Assembly: GCA_963725665.1 (NCBI GenBank)
Contig: CAVRZA010000004.1
Span: 416,001 to 480,000 of the forward strand
Reading direction: 5' to 3'
Length of the DNA stretch: 64,000 nucleotides
DNA from: an uncultured Actinomycetes bacterium
GTDB taxonomy: Bacteria > Actinomycetota > Thermoleophilia > UBA2241
Below are positions 40,824 through 51,938 of this stretch, piece by piece (within the stretch, counting starts at the first letter, position 1; the number at the start of each line of letters is the position of its first letter). The position numbers were made by a program, and so were the translations under genes. The notes under the pieces are model-generated. The model was not told the origin of the DNA. It did no database searches and saw only the letters and a program-made list of their open reading frames with translations.

Positions 40824-43190
40824 CTAGATCCGCGCGATCACCTCCGCGATCCACGCGTCGAGCGAGGCGTGGCCGAAAGGCGCTTGTACTCCTTTGTCCG
40901 CCAACCAGCGCTCGGCCTTGCCCGCCGGCAGGGCCCACTCGTCGGAGCGGTCGGCGTAGTCGCGGCGCAGGATGTGCAGCGCCGCGAGCGTCGCCACGGC
41001 CGCTTCGCCCTCTTGACCGCCAAGACCGAGCTCCTCAGTCGCGGTCCGCAGGGCGTCCAGCTCAAGACCGCTCACCGCCGCGAACGCCTCGCTTGCCGGC
41101 CACGAGCCGTCGGCGCGCTGGAGGACGATCAGGACGGTGAGAGGATCGTCTGCGGCAGGGCTCAGGTCGTCGCGAGGGGAGTAGGCGAAGGTGGGGCCAC
41201 CCGCGTCGATGGCCATCGGCGCCAGTGGCGAGAAACCCATCGCGCGGTGCGCACGACCTCCGGCTGGAGACGGCGCCGCGGCCATCATCGAGGTGAACAT
41301 GCTCAGCCGTTCGGTGCCGTGCCAGTCCTTCAGCAGCGCGACCGGGACGCGGCGCAACTCGGCTTTGCCGACGGCGCCGCGCTCCTCGTCGCTGCGCTCC
41401 TCTATGGCCACGAAGCTCGTCTCGGACGACATCAGGGAGTAGCGCTTGCCGAGCGCGACGATCGCCTCCTTCGCCTTGCCGGCCTTGCGCTCCGCCTGCG
41501 CTGAGCCGCCCGCGCCGAAGAGCGCGCCGCGGCCCTCCTCAAGGTCGCGGATCGCCTCGCGCGCCAGGAGCCGCGGGATCGTGAGGTCGGCCTCGACGTC
41601 GTCGAGATCGACTGTGGCCGGCAGGCGCATCTCGCCCTCCGCAGTCTTCTGCACCACGGCAACCTCCACGACCTGCTTGGCCGCGCGAGCCGCATTCGCC
41701 TTGTCTTTGGGCACCCGCCCGTAGACCGTCAAGGTCGAGCCGGGGAAGAGCGGCGGCAGATCGGCCGGCGCCACGAGGTCGGGCTCGAGCCCTCCCCAGT
41801 CGATGGTCACGTCGCCCGGCTCGCCGGCGCCGACGCGTGCCATCTGGCGCATCACCTTGGGTTCGACGCGCTCGTTGGGGTGCACGAACTCGGCCCAGCC
41901 GCCCGACGCCCGCGCCAGTCCGCGCACCAGCTGGTCGGAGGCGCCGTAGCCAATCCCCAGAGTGAAGATGGTGGCGTTGTCGGCGTGGCGTGAGGCCAGG
42001 GCGATGACCTCGTCCTCGTTGCCGACCTCACCGTCGGTCAGTAGCAACACGCGCAGCGGCAGCTCGCCGCGCCGGCCGCCCAGAACGTCTTGCAGCGGCT
42101 TGAGGATCTCCGTCCCACCGAGGTCGGCGTCGACCGCCTTCACGGCCTTCGTCGCCTCGTCGAGGGAGTTCTGATCGAAGGCGCGGCTCTCGGCGAAGAG
42201 CTTCTCGTAGGTGCTGCCGAAGCCGACCACGTTGAACGAGTCACCCTCCTGGAGCGAGCGCAGGCAGAGCAGCAGGGCATTGCGTGCCGCGTCGATGCTC
42301 GAGTGCATCATCGACCCCGAGCGGTCGAGCACGAAGATCACTTCGGCCGCCTTGCGGCGATCTTCGACGGCCGGCGCAAGGTCGAGCATGATCACTGTGT
42401 CGCCCTGCTCGTCCTCTGCGACCAGGGCGTTCGTTACCGCCTGCGCCGCCATGCTGAAGGTGACGACGACGTCCTGATCGAGCTGGATGTCGCTGCCGGC
42501 CAGGTCGACGCGCGCCCGCCGACCGCTCATCTGCACCTGTACGGGGTGCGAAGGGCACTCCACCGACGTGACGTCGCTCCAGCCCTCGAAGTCGATGCCC
42601 AGGGTGAGGCCGTAGGGCACATCTCCCATGACGGTCGGCGGCGCGAGGTGCGCGAGCTCCGCAGGGTCCATCGTCTTGAGCTTCTCGGGCGGGATGTAGC
42701 GCGGCGCGACCGTGGTCGGGATCTTGAGGCGCACCTGGTCGCCGAAGCGATCCAGCGGCGCGACGTAGGAGAGCCGCACGACCGCCGCCTGCCCGGGCAG
42801 CAGGTTGCCGACGCTGGCCGTGAACAGGTTCGGCCGATCTTGGTCGAGGAGGTAGGCGCCGTCGCCGCGCGCCATGGCCGCGTCGTACTCCTCGAAGGCT
42901 TTCTCAGCCCCCTCGATGACGCCGACGATGCACCGGTCGTCGATCTCGACCTCGAAGCCGCAGACGGCCGCCGACTCTTCGAGAGGGAAGGAGTAGACGG
43001 CCTCGACGGTGACCGTCTCACGGTTGAAGTAGCGCTGTGAGACGGTCACCGTCGAGGCCGTCCCCCGCGCGTTGACGTCGATGACGACGCCGGTCAGCGG
43101 CACATCGTGCTCGCCGACGAGCAAGCCGGTGGTGCGTTTCTCAGACGACTCGAACGAGCCGTCCTCGCCTGAACCATATCTCAACGACAT
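40824..43190 (-). CDS. VIT-vWA domain protein (VWA5A-like)
   Basis: VIT (QRYFN..EAVYSFPL), MIDAS DRSGSM, LLTDGEV, S--TSFVA, LQRADGSW. Confidence 0.9.
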   Translation of the reverse strand: MSLRYGSGEDGSFESSEKRTTGLLVGEHDVPLTGVVIDVNARGTASTVTVSQRYFNRETVTVEAVYSFPLEESAAVCGFEVEIDDRCIVGVIEGAEKAFEEYDAAMARGDGAYLLDQDRPNLFTASVGNLLPGQAAVVRLSYVAPLDRFGDQVRLKIPTTVAPRYIPPEKLKTMDPAELAHLAPPTVMGDVPYGLTLGIDFEGWSDVTSVECPSHPVQVQMSGRRARVDLAGSDIQLDQDVVVTFSMAAQAVTNALVAEDEQGDTVIMLDLAPAVEDRRKAAEVIFVLDRSGSMMHSSIDAARNALLLCLRSLQEGDSFNVVGFGSTYEKLFAESRAFDQNSLDEATKAVKAVDADLGGTEILKPLQDVLGGRRGELPLRVLLLTDGEVGNEDEVIALASRHADNATIFTLGIGYGASDQLVRGLARASGGWAEFVHPNERVEPKVMRQMARVGAGEPGDVTIDWGGLEPDLVAPADLPPLFPGSTLTVYGRVPKDKANAARAAKQVVEVAVVQKTAEGEMRLPATVDLDDVEADLTIPRLLAREAIRDLEEGRGALFGAGGSAQAERKAGKAKEAIVALGKRYSLMSSETSFVAIEERSDEERGAVGKAELRRVPVALLKDWHGTERLSMFTSMMAAAPSPAGGRAHRAMGFSPLAPMAIDAGGPTFAYSPRDDLSPAADDPLTVLIVLQRADGSWPASEAFAAVSGLELDALRTATEELGLGGQEGEAAVATLAALHILRRDYADRSDEWALPAGKAERWLADKGVQAPFGHASLDAWIAEVIARI

Positions 43191-43432
43191 CGGTCTGTCC
43201 CCCTATCGATCGTCGTGTGTGCGGATACACGACACAGCCCTCAGAATGTCAAAAGGGATGCCCTCGCCCACGGGGCCACACTGCCACCGGCGGGGCACGT
43301 CACGGGCGTTGTCGCTCGGGGAGGCCAGACGGAGCTGGACTGCTGGGCGGCTCGCCAGTGCATTGCGCCCCAGACCGTGCGGAGATGGCGTAATCGTGAG
43401 CAGCCGCAGACCTGCAGGCGACACGACCCGGC

Positions 43433-46173
43433 CTATTTGCCGCGCCGCGTCCCCCGCGCCGCCGGTCTCGCCCGGCTGCCGGCCTCGACGATCACGTAAC
43501 GGGCCTTCTCCACAATGTCGGGGTAGTACCTCACGTTGTTGCGGTCCTTCTCTTTGTCCTCCTCGCTCAGAGTCGGGTACTGCACGAGGCAGGGGTGCTT
43601 CTTCGCCTTGTCGTCGCGGACCAGGCTGTGAGTCCAGCCGTCGCGGTACTTCTGCTCCATCCAGCCATCGTGCTCGTCTTCGGCCAGCCGCTCCATGTCA
43701 CCCTCAAGGATGCCCAGCACCTTGGCCCTCGTCAGAGTCGGCGGGTGGTCTTCGGCAACGACTGCCAGTCCCACGAGCGCCAGCACCCGCGGGATGCGGG
43801 CCGCTGCGGCGATGTTGTCCGCCTTCACACCGTCGGGCAGCTCGGGGTAGGGCACGTCGATGTCGGGCTGAATCGGCCATCCCTCCTTGTGGCACAGCTC
43901 ACGGAAATGATCGTGCACGGCCGGCGCGAGCTCCTCGCTGTTCATCTTGAAGGGCCGGTCGCAGTCGACCAGTTCCATGAACTCGTCGTAGTCGACGTGC
44001 AGCGAGAGCTGGTCCTCGGGCGGTAGGGAGGAACGCCTGAGGCCCGACAGCCCGCCGCCCCTGGTGAGCCCCATGATCGTTTCGAGCGACCGCGCCCCGT
44101 GCTCGTACTTGCCGATCTCAAGGAAGGCGGTGAGCAGCCCGCTGTCGATGTCCATCTCGTCGCCCTCGGCAGCGCCGACGAACCCGCCGGTGGCGCGCAT
44201 GAGCAGAGCGCGACGGATGGGGAAGGAGAGGTCGCGGGGAGCATCGTCGTCGACCCATTTGCCTGTCTTGGCGTCGTACTTCTGGCGCCGGTTCGGGCCG
44301 GCGACGTTCAGGTAGCCGTTCAGCCGGCTGACGAAGTCGGGGCCCTTCGCGAGCTTGAACTTCTCGAACCTCGAGAGGCCCTTCTCGCCCTCGCCGGCGG
44401 TGGCGTCGTCGGCCTCGGGGCCCGTTTCTTCGTGCGGCGAGAAGTTGGCGAAGTCGTAGCTTGTGCCGCCGGCGAAGACGAACACGCACTTGCCGATCGG
44501 GTGCGTGACCTGGCCCTCCTGAAACGCGCCGTCTTGCATGGGCGCCAGCAGGTACTGCAGCCACATGTACTCGCGCGAGTCGAACTCGTCCCAGAACACG
44601 ACCGGCGTGGTGCCGCCCAGCACCTTGTCGCGCACCTGGTGGAAGGCGCCGATGAGCTCTCCGGGATCGGAGTACTGCGAGAGGTTGAACTCGAGTATGG
44701 GCACAGCGTCGCCCAGCACCGTCTTGGCGATCTGCTTGACGCCGAACGACTTGCCCGAACCGGGGGCACCGAAGACGGCGATCGACAAGGGCTTGGAGGG
44801 GCGCTGCGTCCTCTCATAGCCCTTGATGAGGCGCTCGAGACCGCGCAAGCTCTCTATCTCGACGCGATCGACCACCAGCAGCTTGCCGAACCTGGCGTAG
44901 GGAAGCTCGTCGACCAGTGCCCGGGGTCCGAACAGGGCCACACGCCGCGCCAGGCCGTAGAGCGGGCGCGCGGCCGCACCTCCCGGCTCGCCCGAGACGA
45001 TCGTCCAGGCCTTCGACTTGCCCGCCGAGGCCACCGTCGCCGGTACGTCGGCGATCCTGTATCGGCATGACGGCTTGAGCAGATCCTCGACGACCGGCTC
45101 GGGCGGGAACCCCTGCCTGGCTATGCGATCGGCGCCGCCGTCGCCGCCGTCGGCCGCGCCGTGGCCGACACGCAGCAGGTGACGCATGGCCGAGAGACCG
45201 CGCATGATGCCGGCGCCGATGTCGGGTCCGGCCTCATCGGCGCCAGGGCCGGTGCCCGCGCCGGTTGGGGCCACGTCGGAGGCGGCCAGCTCCGCCACGA
45301 TCGCCGCCACAAGGCACGACGTGCCGCCCCAGACCTGGCCGGTCACGCTCCGTGCCCAGGCTCCCTCGAGCCCCCGGGGTCGAAGACGAGCCGGTACCGG
45401 GACATGCCGTCGGCGCGTCTGCCGAGCCACAGGGCGCCGTCGGTGCCCAGGCTGACGACCAGGTGCCGGCACTTCGTCAGGTCCGAGATGCTCTTGTTGA
45501 GCGTCAGCTCCTGCAACAGGTCCTGCGCGGTGTGCTCCCACGAGAGCCCCTCGGTGATGCTGACCTCTTCCTGGCGAAGATCGGCGGCCGACACCACCAC
45601 GACGAGGCGGTCGCAGAATCTCTTGCAGGCCTGGCGCCACAGGTCGCCCTGGGCGACGGGGGCGGACGTCTTGAGGACGACCCAGTCCACGGCCGCCGGC
45701 TTGCCGTCACGGAACTCCGCAGGCCAAGCGAGTTCGTTGGTGCGGTGGCGGAAGCCGAGAGCCCCGTCGTCGAGCACGACGATCGAGGCCGCCGCCGCAC
45801 GCGGGGGTGCCTCCGCATAGCTTGTGTTGTGCTCGAGGCTGTCGCCGTAGCCGAGGTTGCCGGTGATGCGCCAGACCCGGCCCTTGCCCTTGTCTCCGGC
45901 GGGGCAAGGGGTCAGGAGCGAGTAGGACTCAACCAACCTGTTCTTGGGCGTGGTGCCCATGCCGAACTCGACCGCGAACGGCTCGGGTGCGGCGGCGCCA
46001 AGCTTCTCGAGGACCCTGAAGAGCAGCTTGGCGCCGCCGGTCTCCTGATGGATCGACGTGCCCTGCTTGCCGTGTGCGTACGGCTTGTCGCGCGCGCCCT
46101 CGTAGATGTGGTAGTCGACGACCACGTCGCCGGCGACCACGACGGTCTTGATGAGAGCTTCTTTGGTCGTCAC
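43433..46173 (-). CDS. PfkB-like / AAA+ ATPase / tandem RyR domain protein (frameshift near 45360)
   Basis: N-terminal VVVAGDVVVD; Walker A GAPGSGKS, Walker B VFWDEFD; C-terminal RyR LAEDEHDGW...GW...HPCLVQY-LSEEDKEKDR. Confidence 0.8.
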
Positions 46174-46271
46174 GGCGTCCCTCCCACCCATGCGATCCTC
46201 ATCGCTTGCGGAGTCCTGAACGCCATTCTCTCGTAGTCTATGGGGAGTGCGATAGTGCTACGGCGTTCGGC

Positions 46272-46304
46272 GGGCGGCGGGGCGGCTGTGCCGCCCCGCC
46301 GCCC
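46272..46304. repeat. Intergenic palindrome, copy 1
   Basis: GGGCGGCGGGGCGGC-TGT-GCCGCCCCGCCGCCC. Confidence 0.7.
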
Positions 46305-46456
46305 AGCAACCCGGCCGCACCATCGAGCCTCCAGCGCTCGCTTCTTCGCGCCTACGGCGGTATAAGGACTTCAGCAACGGTGGCGGACTCACCGGTTTTG
46401 CCCGGTCGGCGGCCGGTGTGGTGAGGCCGCAGGCGGCGATGTGGGGGGCAGCGCAG

Positions 46457-47506
46457 ATGTCTGAGGTAGGGTCCAAGTCGGCTTTCGTCATCATGCCGTT
46501 CGCGCCGGAGTTCAGGGCCGGATACGACGACGTGATCGCGCCGGGGATGCGCGCCGCCGGCCTGGCGTGCGTACGCGCCGACCAGGAGGCGCTCGGCAAC
46601 ATCCACGGGATGATGTTCGAGCGCATCTTCGAGTCGCCCGTCGTCATCGCCGACGTCTCGGGCGCCAACCCCAACGTCTTCTACGAGCTCGGCATCTCCC
46701 ACAGCACGGCGCGCAAGACCATCACGGTCGTGCGTGAGGACTTCCGCGACCGCATCCCGTTCGACATCGCGCCGTACCGGGTGCTGATCTACCCGATGCG
46801 GCCCGACGACTCCTGCAGCGACGAGGAGATGGCGGCGTATGAGAAGGCGGCGAGCGAGGCGGCCGCCTCGCTCGCCGCCTCCCTCGCGGCCATCCTCGAG
46901 GCAGACGCGGAGGGCATCGCCAACCCGGTCCAGGACTTCCTCGCGAAGCGCTCGCCGCTCACCTGCAGCGAGAGTAGGCACGTCGACTCCCTGAAGGAGA
47001 CCCACGAGGAGGAGATGGTCGTCGGCGCCGTCGCCGAGATCGTCGGTGTCGGCATCACCTGCGCGCACTTCGCGAAGCTGCTGACACGCGTCATCGAGGA
47101 GGGTGTGCGGACCGCGCCGTTGCGCGTTCGTCTTCTCGCCCTCGACCCCGACGACCGCGACGGCTGGCGCTACGTCTACCACCTGCGCGAAGGCCGTGCC
47201 CTGCCCGACGACGAGTTCGACGAGCTGTTCGCCGAGGATCGCGTGATCATCCGGCGCACCTCGCGATTCATCGAGAGACTCAACCTGAGGGACGACTTCG
47301 ACGGCGAGGTGTCCTACTTTTCGGGCATCCCGGTGTTCTGGGCCTACGCCGTCGACGGCGAGCGCATGTTCGTCGGCAACCTCGCGATGAACCGCTTCTC
47401 CGCTCGCCTTCCCGTCTCGGTGCTCGTGAAGGACGACCCGCGCACGCGCACCGTCTATCGCTACTACGCATCCGCGATCGAGGCGCTGAGAGCTGCGGCG
47501 AAGTAG
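46457..47506 (+). CDS. Nucleoside-2-deoxyribosyltransferase/TIR-like domain fused to a PLD-like (DUF5919-type) domain
   Basis: SAFVIMPF, RAD, IADVSGANPNVFYELG, IPFDI; C-terminal VRLLALDP... Confidence 0.7.
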   Translation: MSEVGSKSAFVIMPFAPEFRAGYDDVIAPGMRAAGLACVRADQEALGNIHGMMFERIFESPVVIADVSGANPNVFYELGISHSTARKTITVVREDFRDRIPFDIAPYRVLIYPMRPDDSCSDEEMAAYEKAASEAAASLAASLAAILEADAEGIANPVQDFLAKRSPLTCSESRHVDSLKETHEEEMVVGAVAEIVGVGITCAHFAKLLTRVIEEGVRTAPLRVRLLALDPDDRDGWRYVYHLREGRALPDDEFDELFAEDRVIIRRTSRFIERLNLRDDFDGEVSYFSGIPVFWAYAVDGERMFVGNLAMNRFSARLPVSVLVKDDPRTRTVYRYYASAIEALRAAAK

Positions 47507-47599
47507 CCGGGCGGACAAGACCGGCGCTCATCTCGACGGCCGCGTCGGCGGTAGACTCAGCACTGGCACCGCCGGTCGACCGAATCGACTTCGGAGGGT

Positions 47600-48529
47600 A
47601 TGGGGGCGATGGGGGCACCGTGGCATGAGCCGCTCAGACTGCTGTGCGCCGACGCGTGCGACGTCGCCGGCTCCGGCGCGCCCCGTCGAGACCGTTCTCT
47701 TCTTCGTCGCTCGCTGGTGCCAGAAGGAGACCGGCGGGCCGAACCCGACGTCGCCGCCCTCGACCAGGACCACGTCGCGGACATCGCGGCGCGTGTGGTC
47801 CGCAACCTCGACGACGACGGCGCCCGCGTCGACCGGCTCGTGGCTGGCGACGCGGGCGCCTGGACCGAGCTGCGCCGTCTGCTCTACGCGAGCGCCTGCT
47901 CGCGCGCCGACGCGGCGGCCGCCGAGTACGCCGACGAGGCGCTGCAGAAGATCGCCATCGTGCTGCTCACCGGCACGCCTCCGTCCCGGGCGGCCGCGCA
48001 GCTCGCCGAGGCGATCGAAGGTCCCCGCAACGAGTACGTCTTCACCTCGCCCTTCCCGTTCTGGGCGCGCGCCGTGGTCATCAACCTGATCGTCGACGAC
48101 AAACGGCGCCAAGGCGCGCGAGCGTGAGGCGCCGCGGGTGCACGCCACGCGGAAGCCCCCCTGCCTCGACGCGGCCACGCTCGAGCGCGCGCACAAGGCG
48201 CTGCCGGGGCTCCTCGACGCCGTCCGCGAGCTGCCGCCCGTGCAGCGCTCGGTGATGGTCTGGACGCTGGCGCGGCGCGACCTCGATCCGGTCGCCGAGC
48301 GCCTGCGCGAGCTCGCCCCCGACCTGTTCGGCGAGACGGGGGATGGGGCGGTGGCCTCCGACCACGACATCGCCGAGCGCCTCGGCACCACCACGCGACT
48401 GGTGGCCGCCAACCGTTCGGTCGCGCGCTGCAAGCTGGCTGCGCGCGACCCCTACTGGAAGCTGCTGCTCGACATGCTTCTGCCCCACCGGAGCACCCGC
48501 CCCACCCGGAGGAGGACCACGATGGATGA
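47600..48529 (+). CDS. ECF-type sigma factor (frameshifts near 48120 and 48500)
   Basis: Sigma2-like WTELRRLL..ADEALQK..FPFWARAVVINLIVD; sigma4-like LPPVQRSV..DIAERLGTT..NRSVARCKL. Confidence 0.65.
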
Positions 48530-49503
48530 GCACCGGTCCGCCCAGTCGATCCTGCAGCGCGCGCTCGCGCGCGGCACGCTCGAGGGCGTCGCGACGGCCG
48601 CCGCCGCGGTCGATCCCGCCGAGCTCGAACGGGCGCTCGCCCACATCGCGTCCTGCGAGGAGTGCAGCCGCCGCTTTGACCTCGCCGAGACGGCCGCGTG
48701 GTTGGAGAGTAGGGAGGAAACCCACGCGATGGCACAGGTACCAGTCGATCCCGCAGCACTCTTCGAGTCCGCCCTCACGGCGGCGCTCTCCGACCCCGAC
48801 GACATCGTCCGCCGGCGCGCGGCCGAGCGGCTGGGCGAGATGACGAGGCTGGGGGCGGCGGCGGTCGACGCGCTCGTCGCGGCCGCGGGAGAGGACCGCG
48901 ACGAGCGCGTCCGCGCCGCCGCCCTCACCGCCCTCCAGCGCCTCGACACCCAGGTCTCCCTTCCCCAGTGGGTGATCGACGTGTGGTCGGCGGCGCCGGC
49001 GGAGGCGGCCCCTACTTGGCGGGTGTGCTGGCTCGCCTCGCCGCCCCCGCCGGCGCCAACGACCGGCGTCACGCGTCTGGCGGGCGCCGAGACGCAGGAC
49101 GACGAGACCGTCGTGCTCTCCGGCGAGCGCGGGGTGAGCGGGCGCGTCTCGCGCGAGCCCGACGGCCTCTGGCTGACGGTCGAGGGCCTGCCGGCCGAGG
49201 TCGAGGACACGAAGCCGGTGGTCGCCGTCCCGGGGGCGCTCGAGGTGGAGGAGATCACGGTCGTGTGGGCCGGAGACGAGCCCGGGCTGATCGCCGCCTC
49301 CGAGCCGGTCTCCGAGGGTCGCTGCGGGTGCGGCTGGGGAAGGTCGAGGAAGGCGGACGGAGGCGCGCTGCGGCAGCGGCGCCTCCGCCGTCGCGCCGCA
49401 GACGCGGCGCGCGCTGCCGTCGCGGAGCCCCGCCGCGCCGCCGCGCCACGCTCTTCGACCAGATCTACCTCCTCCACCCGAGAGCCCCGCGAAGAAGGTT
49501 TGA
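48522..49503 (+). CDS. Zinc-finger (HxxxCxxC) anti-sigma factor with HEAT repeats (frameshifted)
   Basis: GGAGGAGG RBS, ATG 48522; AHIASCEEC; LSDPDDIVRRRAAERLG and DRDERVRAAALTAL HEAT repeats; 3' end approximate. Confidence 0.65.
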
Positions 49504-49533
49504 CCTTCGGCACGCCGCCGGCGTGTTCTGGGC

Positions 49534-50439
49534 ATGGACGGGCCTGCTTCTCGTCTTCGCGGGAGGCCGGCGATCGCCGCCGTCGCGTCGGCTCGGCTCA
49601 CGTCCGACGGCCTCGTCATCCTCGGCATCCTTCTCGTCGCATCGTCGCGGTCGTCCTCCTGGACGTGGGACAAGCGCGCCGCGCGCCGGGCGAAGGCCGC
49701 GGCGCTCGCGGCGCAGCCGGCGCCGCAGTGGGCGATCTCGCTCCTCGTCGACGCCGACGAGAAGTCCGGCATCCTGCGCCCGATCGTGCAGCTCCTCGGC
49801 CCCCAGCTTCCCTCCGACATCACCGTGGATCTCCACGTCGGCGACGAGCGCGGCGACGTGCGCCTGACCACCGAGCGCCGCTTCAGCGACCCCGCGACGA
49901 GGACCGACCTCGTGCTGGGGACGCTCGCGGTCCCCGACGGCGTCTCCGTCGCCGAGGCCGCCCTCTGCGACTGGACCGTCGTGGTCAGCCACGACGGCCA
50001 CGAGATCGCGCGCCGCCGCGGTCCGCTGGCCGCCGCCCCGCGCCTGAACGACGAGGCCGAGCTGCAGGCGCCCGACCTGGAGCCGGAGCCCGATGTGGAG
50101 CCGCCGCCGCCCGCGACCCCCGATCCGGTCCGTCACCTGAGATGGACGATCGGCCTGTCGTGTTCCGTCTGCGGCTGCGCCATCGGGGGCTACCTGCTGA
50201 CCACGCTGTCGGCCTGGCTGTGGTTCGTCGCCGTGCCGCTGTTCCTGCTGGCGGCCATCCTTCTGGTGGCTGCCGCCCTCGTGCTCCACACCCCGTGCCC
50301 GCTGTGCGGGCGACTCACCACCGTGGTCGGGCGCACCGGAGCCCAGCGCTGCGACGCGTGCGCCAGGTTCACACTCACGCCGGTGTGGGTGAGATGGCTG
50401 CCGTTTGATGATCTCCCCGCGCCCGCGTGTCTCGGGTGA
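49534..50439 (+). CDS. Membrane protein with C-terminal zinc ribbon
   Basis: N-terminal TM, soluble beta-rich region, two TMs, CPLC...CDAC. Confidence 0.6.
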   Translation: MDGPASRLRGRPAIAAVASARLTSDGLVILGILLVASSRSSSWTWDKRAARRAKAAALAAQPAPQWAISLLVDADEKSGILRPIVQLLGPQLPSDITVDLHVGDERGDVRLTTERRFSDPATRTDLVLGTLAVPDGVSVAEAALCDWTVVVSHDGHEIARRRGPLAAAPRLNDEAELQAPDLEPEPDVEPPPPATPDPVRHLRWTIGLSCSVCGCAIGGYLLTTLSAWLWFVAVPLFLLAAILLVAAALVLHTPCPLCGRLTTVVGRTGAQRCDACARFTLTPVWVRWLPFDDLPAPACLG

Positions 50440-50465
50440 GAGCGCGACGCAGGCGGAGGCCACCG

Positions 50466-50934
50466 ATGACGCTGTACCAGGCTGGAGCATCGCCGCAGAG
50501 CACCCCGAGGCGGCCGGCGCGCACTGGTCGGACCACGCCCTACGGGCGCTGGCGCCTGGCCGCCGAGTCCGAGGCCATGAAGCGCTTTCCGGGTTTCAGC
50601 CTGCACCTGCCGGAGGGCGGCAACCTCACCTGGGCGGGCGTCCTGCGCAGCACCTTCAACCGGCGCAAGCGCTACCTCGTGAAGGTGACCTACCCCGACC
50701 GCTTCCCCCACGAGGCGCCGGTCGTGACCATCGAGAAGCCGGCCCTCGACCGAGAAGACGCCCCACCTTCTGGGCGGCAACCGTCCCTGTCTGTACCGCG
50801 GCCTGAACGGCCCGCGCAACGGGTACGACCCGGCGCGGACCACGGCGGCGACGCTGGTCGCCTGGACGGCGCTCTGGATCCACGCCTACGAGACCTGGAA
50901 GGCCACCGGCACCTGGCCGGGAAGCGAGGAATGA
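50466..50934 (+). CDS. Prokaryotic E2 (ubiquitin-conjugating-like) protein, one-base frameshift at the C run 50761-50764
   Basis: W-G-L, VKVTYPDRFPHEAPVV, then +1 frame APHLLGGNRPCLY...YDPARTTAATLVAWTALWIHAYETWKATGTWPG; Cys codon at 50788. Confidence 0.75.
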
Positions 50935-50935
50935 G

Positions 50936-51938
50936 ATGACGGCGCTCGCACGACGCTCGACCTCGGTGCGGACCTTCTGCCGCGCGGCCGGACGCGCGCT
51001 GCGGCGCCGCCGTCGCGATCGGTCGCGCCGCTGCATCGGTCGCGCCGCTGCGTCCGGCCAAGCGCCGGCACGCGGTCGCGCCGGCGACCGCGACCGTGCT
51101 GGTGCGCCCCGAGGTGCTGCGCACGATCTCGGTGGGGTCGCGCGCGCGGGAGACGACGAGACCGGCGGACCGTTCTTCGGCACCGTCCAGCGCACGTGGG
51201 ACGGCGACGGGTACCGCTTCGTCGCCGCCCTGCTGGGCACCCTGCCGCCGGGGCCGGCCGTGGACGGCGGCCCCGGATCGGTCGGCCTCGGCGCGCGCAG
51301 CGACGGTGAGCGCGCCGCGTCGGCGCTGCGCTGGCTGCGCGAGACGACCGGGCTCGACCTGCTCCACTTCGGCGACTGGCACCGGCACCCGTTCGGCAGT
51401 CCGCAGCCCTCCGGCGGCGACCAGCGCACGGCCCGCGAGATGTGGGAGCTGACGGCCGCGCCGCTCTGGCTGACGGCGATCGCCGTCGACGACGCGACCT
51501 CCGAGCGGGACTCCGGCGCCGAGGACAACGTCGTGACGCTGACGCGGTCGCAGCGCCTGGACCAGGAGATCCACTTCTACCAGGAGTGCGAGCCGCACGG
51601 GCTCGTGCCGGTGCGCGTGCGCATCGACGCCGAGACGGCGCCCAGGCTGCCGCCGCTGCCGTGGTACATCGTCGACCCGGCGCGCTTCGCCGCCGAGTGC
51701 CGCCTGCTGCTCGCCAACGGCTTCCGGCCGGCGCTGCAGCCGGTCATGCCCGGCGCGCGTCCGGCGGTCATCCTGCGGCTCGAGCGCGACGGCGGCGACC
51801 CGCTGACGGTCGAGACCGGCCTGCGGCATCCCTACGAGGAGCCGCTGGTGCGCGACGCCAAGGGGCGCCGCATCCGGCTGCGCTCGGCGTGGTCGCCGGA
51901 GCGCTTCATCGTCGACCTGCTGCAGGGAGGTGGCCTAG
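50936..51938 (+). CDS. JAB/MPN metalloprotease fused to a C-terminal E2-like domain (frameshifts)
   Basis: ETGG...GDWHRHP...PSGGD JAMM motif; C-terminal PWY..RFAAEC..HPYEEP..WSPERFIVDL; probable TAG at 51936-51938. Confidence 0.75.

Noticed and set aside
48138-50408. 756-aa ORF as one fusion protein
   Set aside because: Chimera of sigma4, anti-sigma and off-frame sequence caused by indels; internal strong RBS and ATG at 48522
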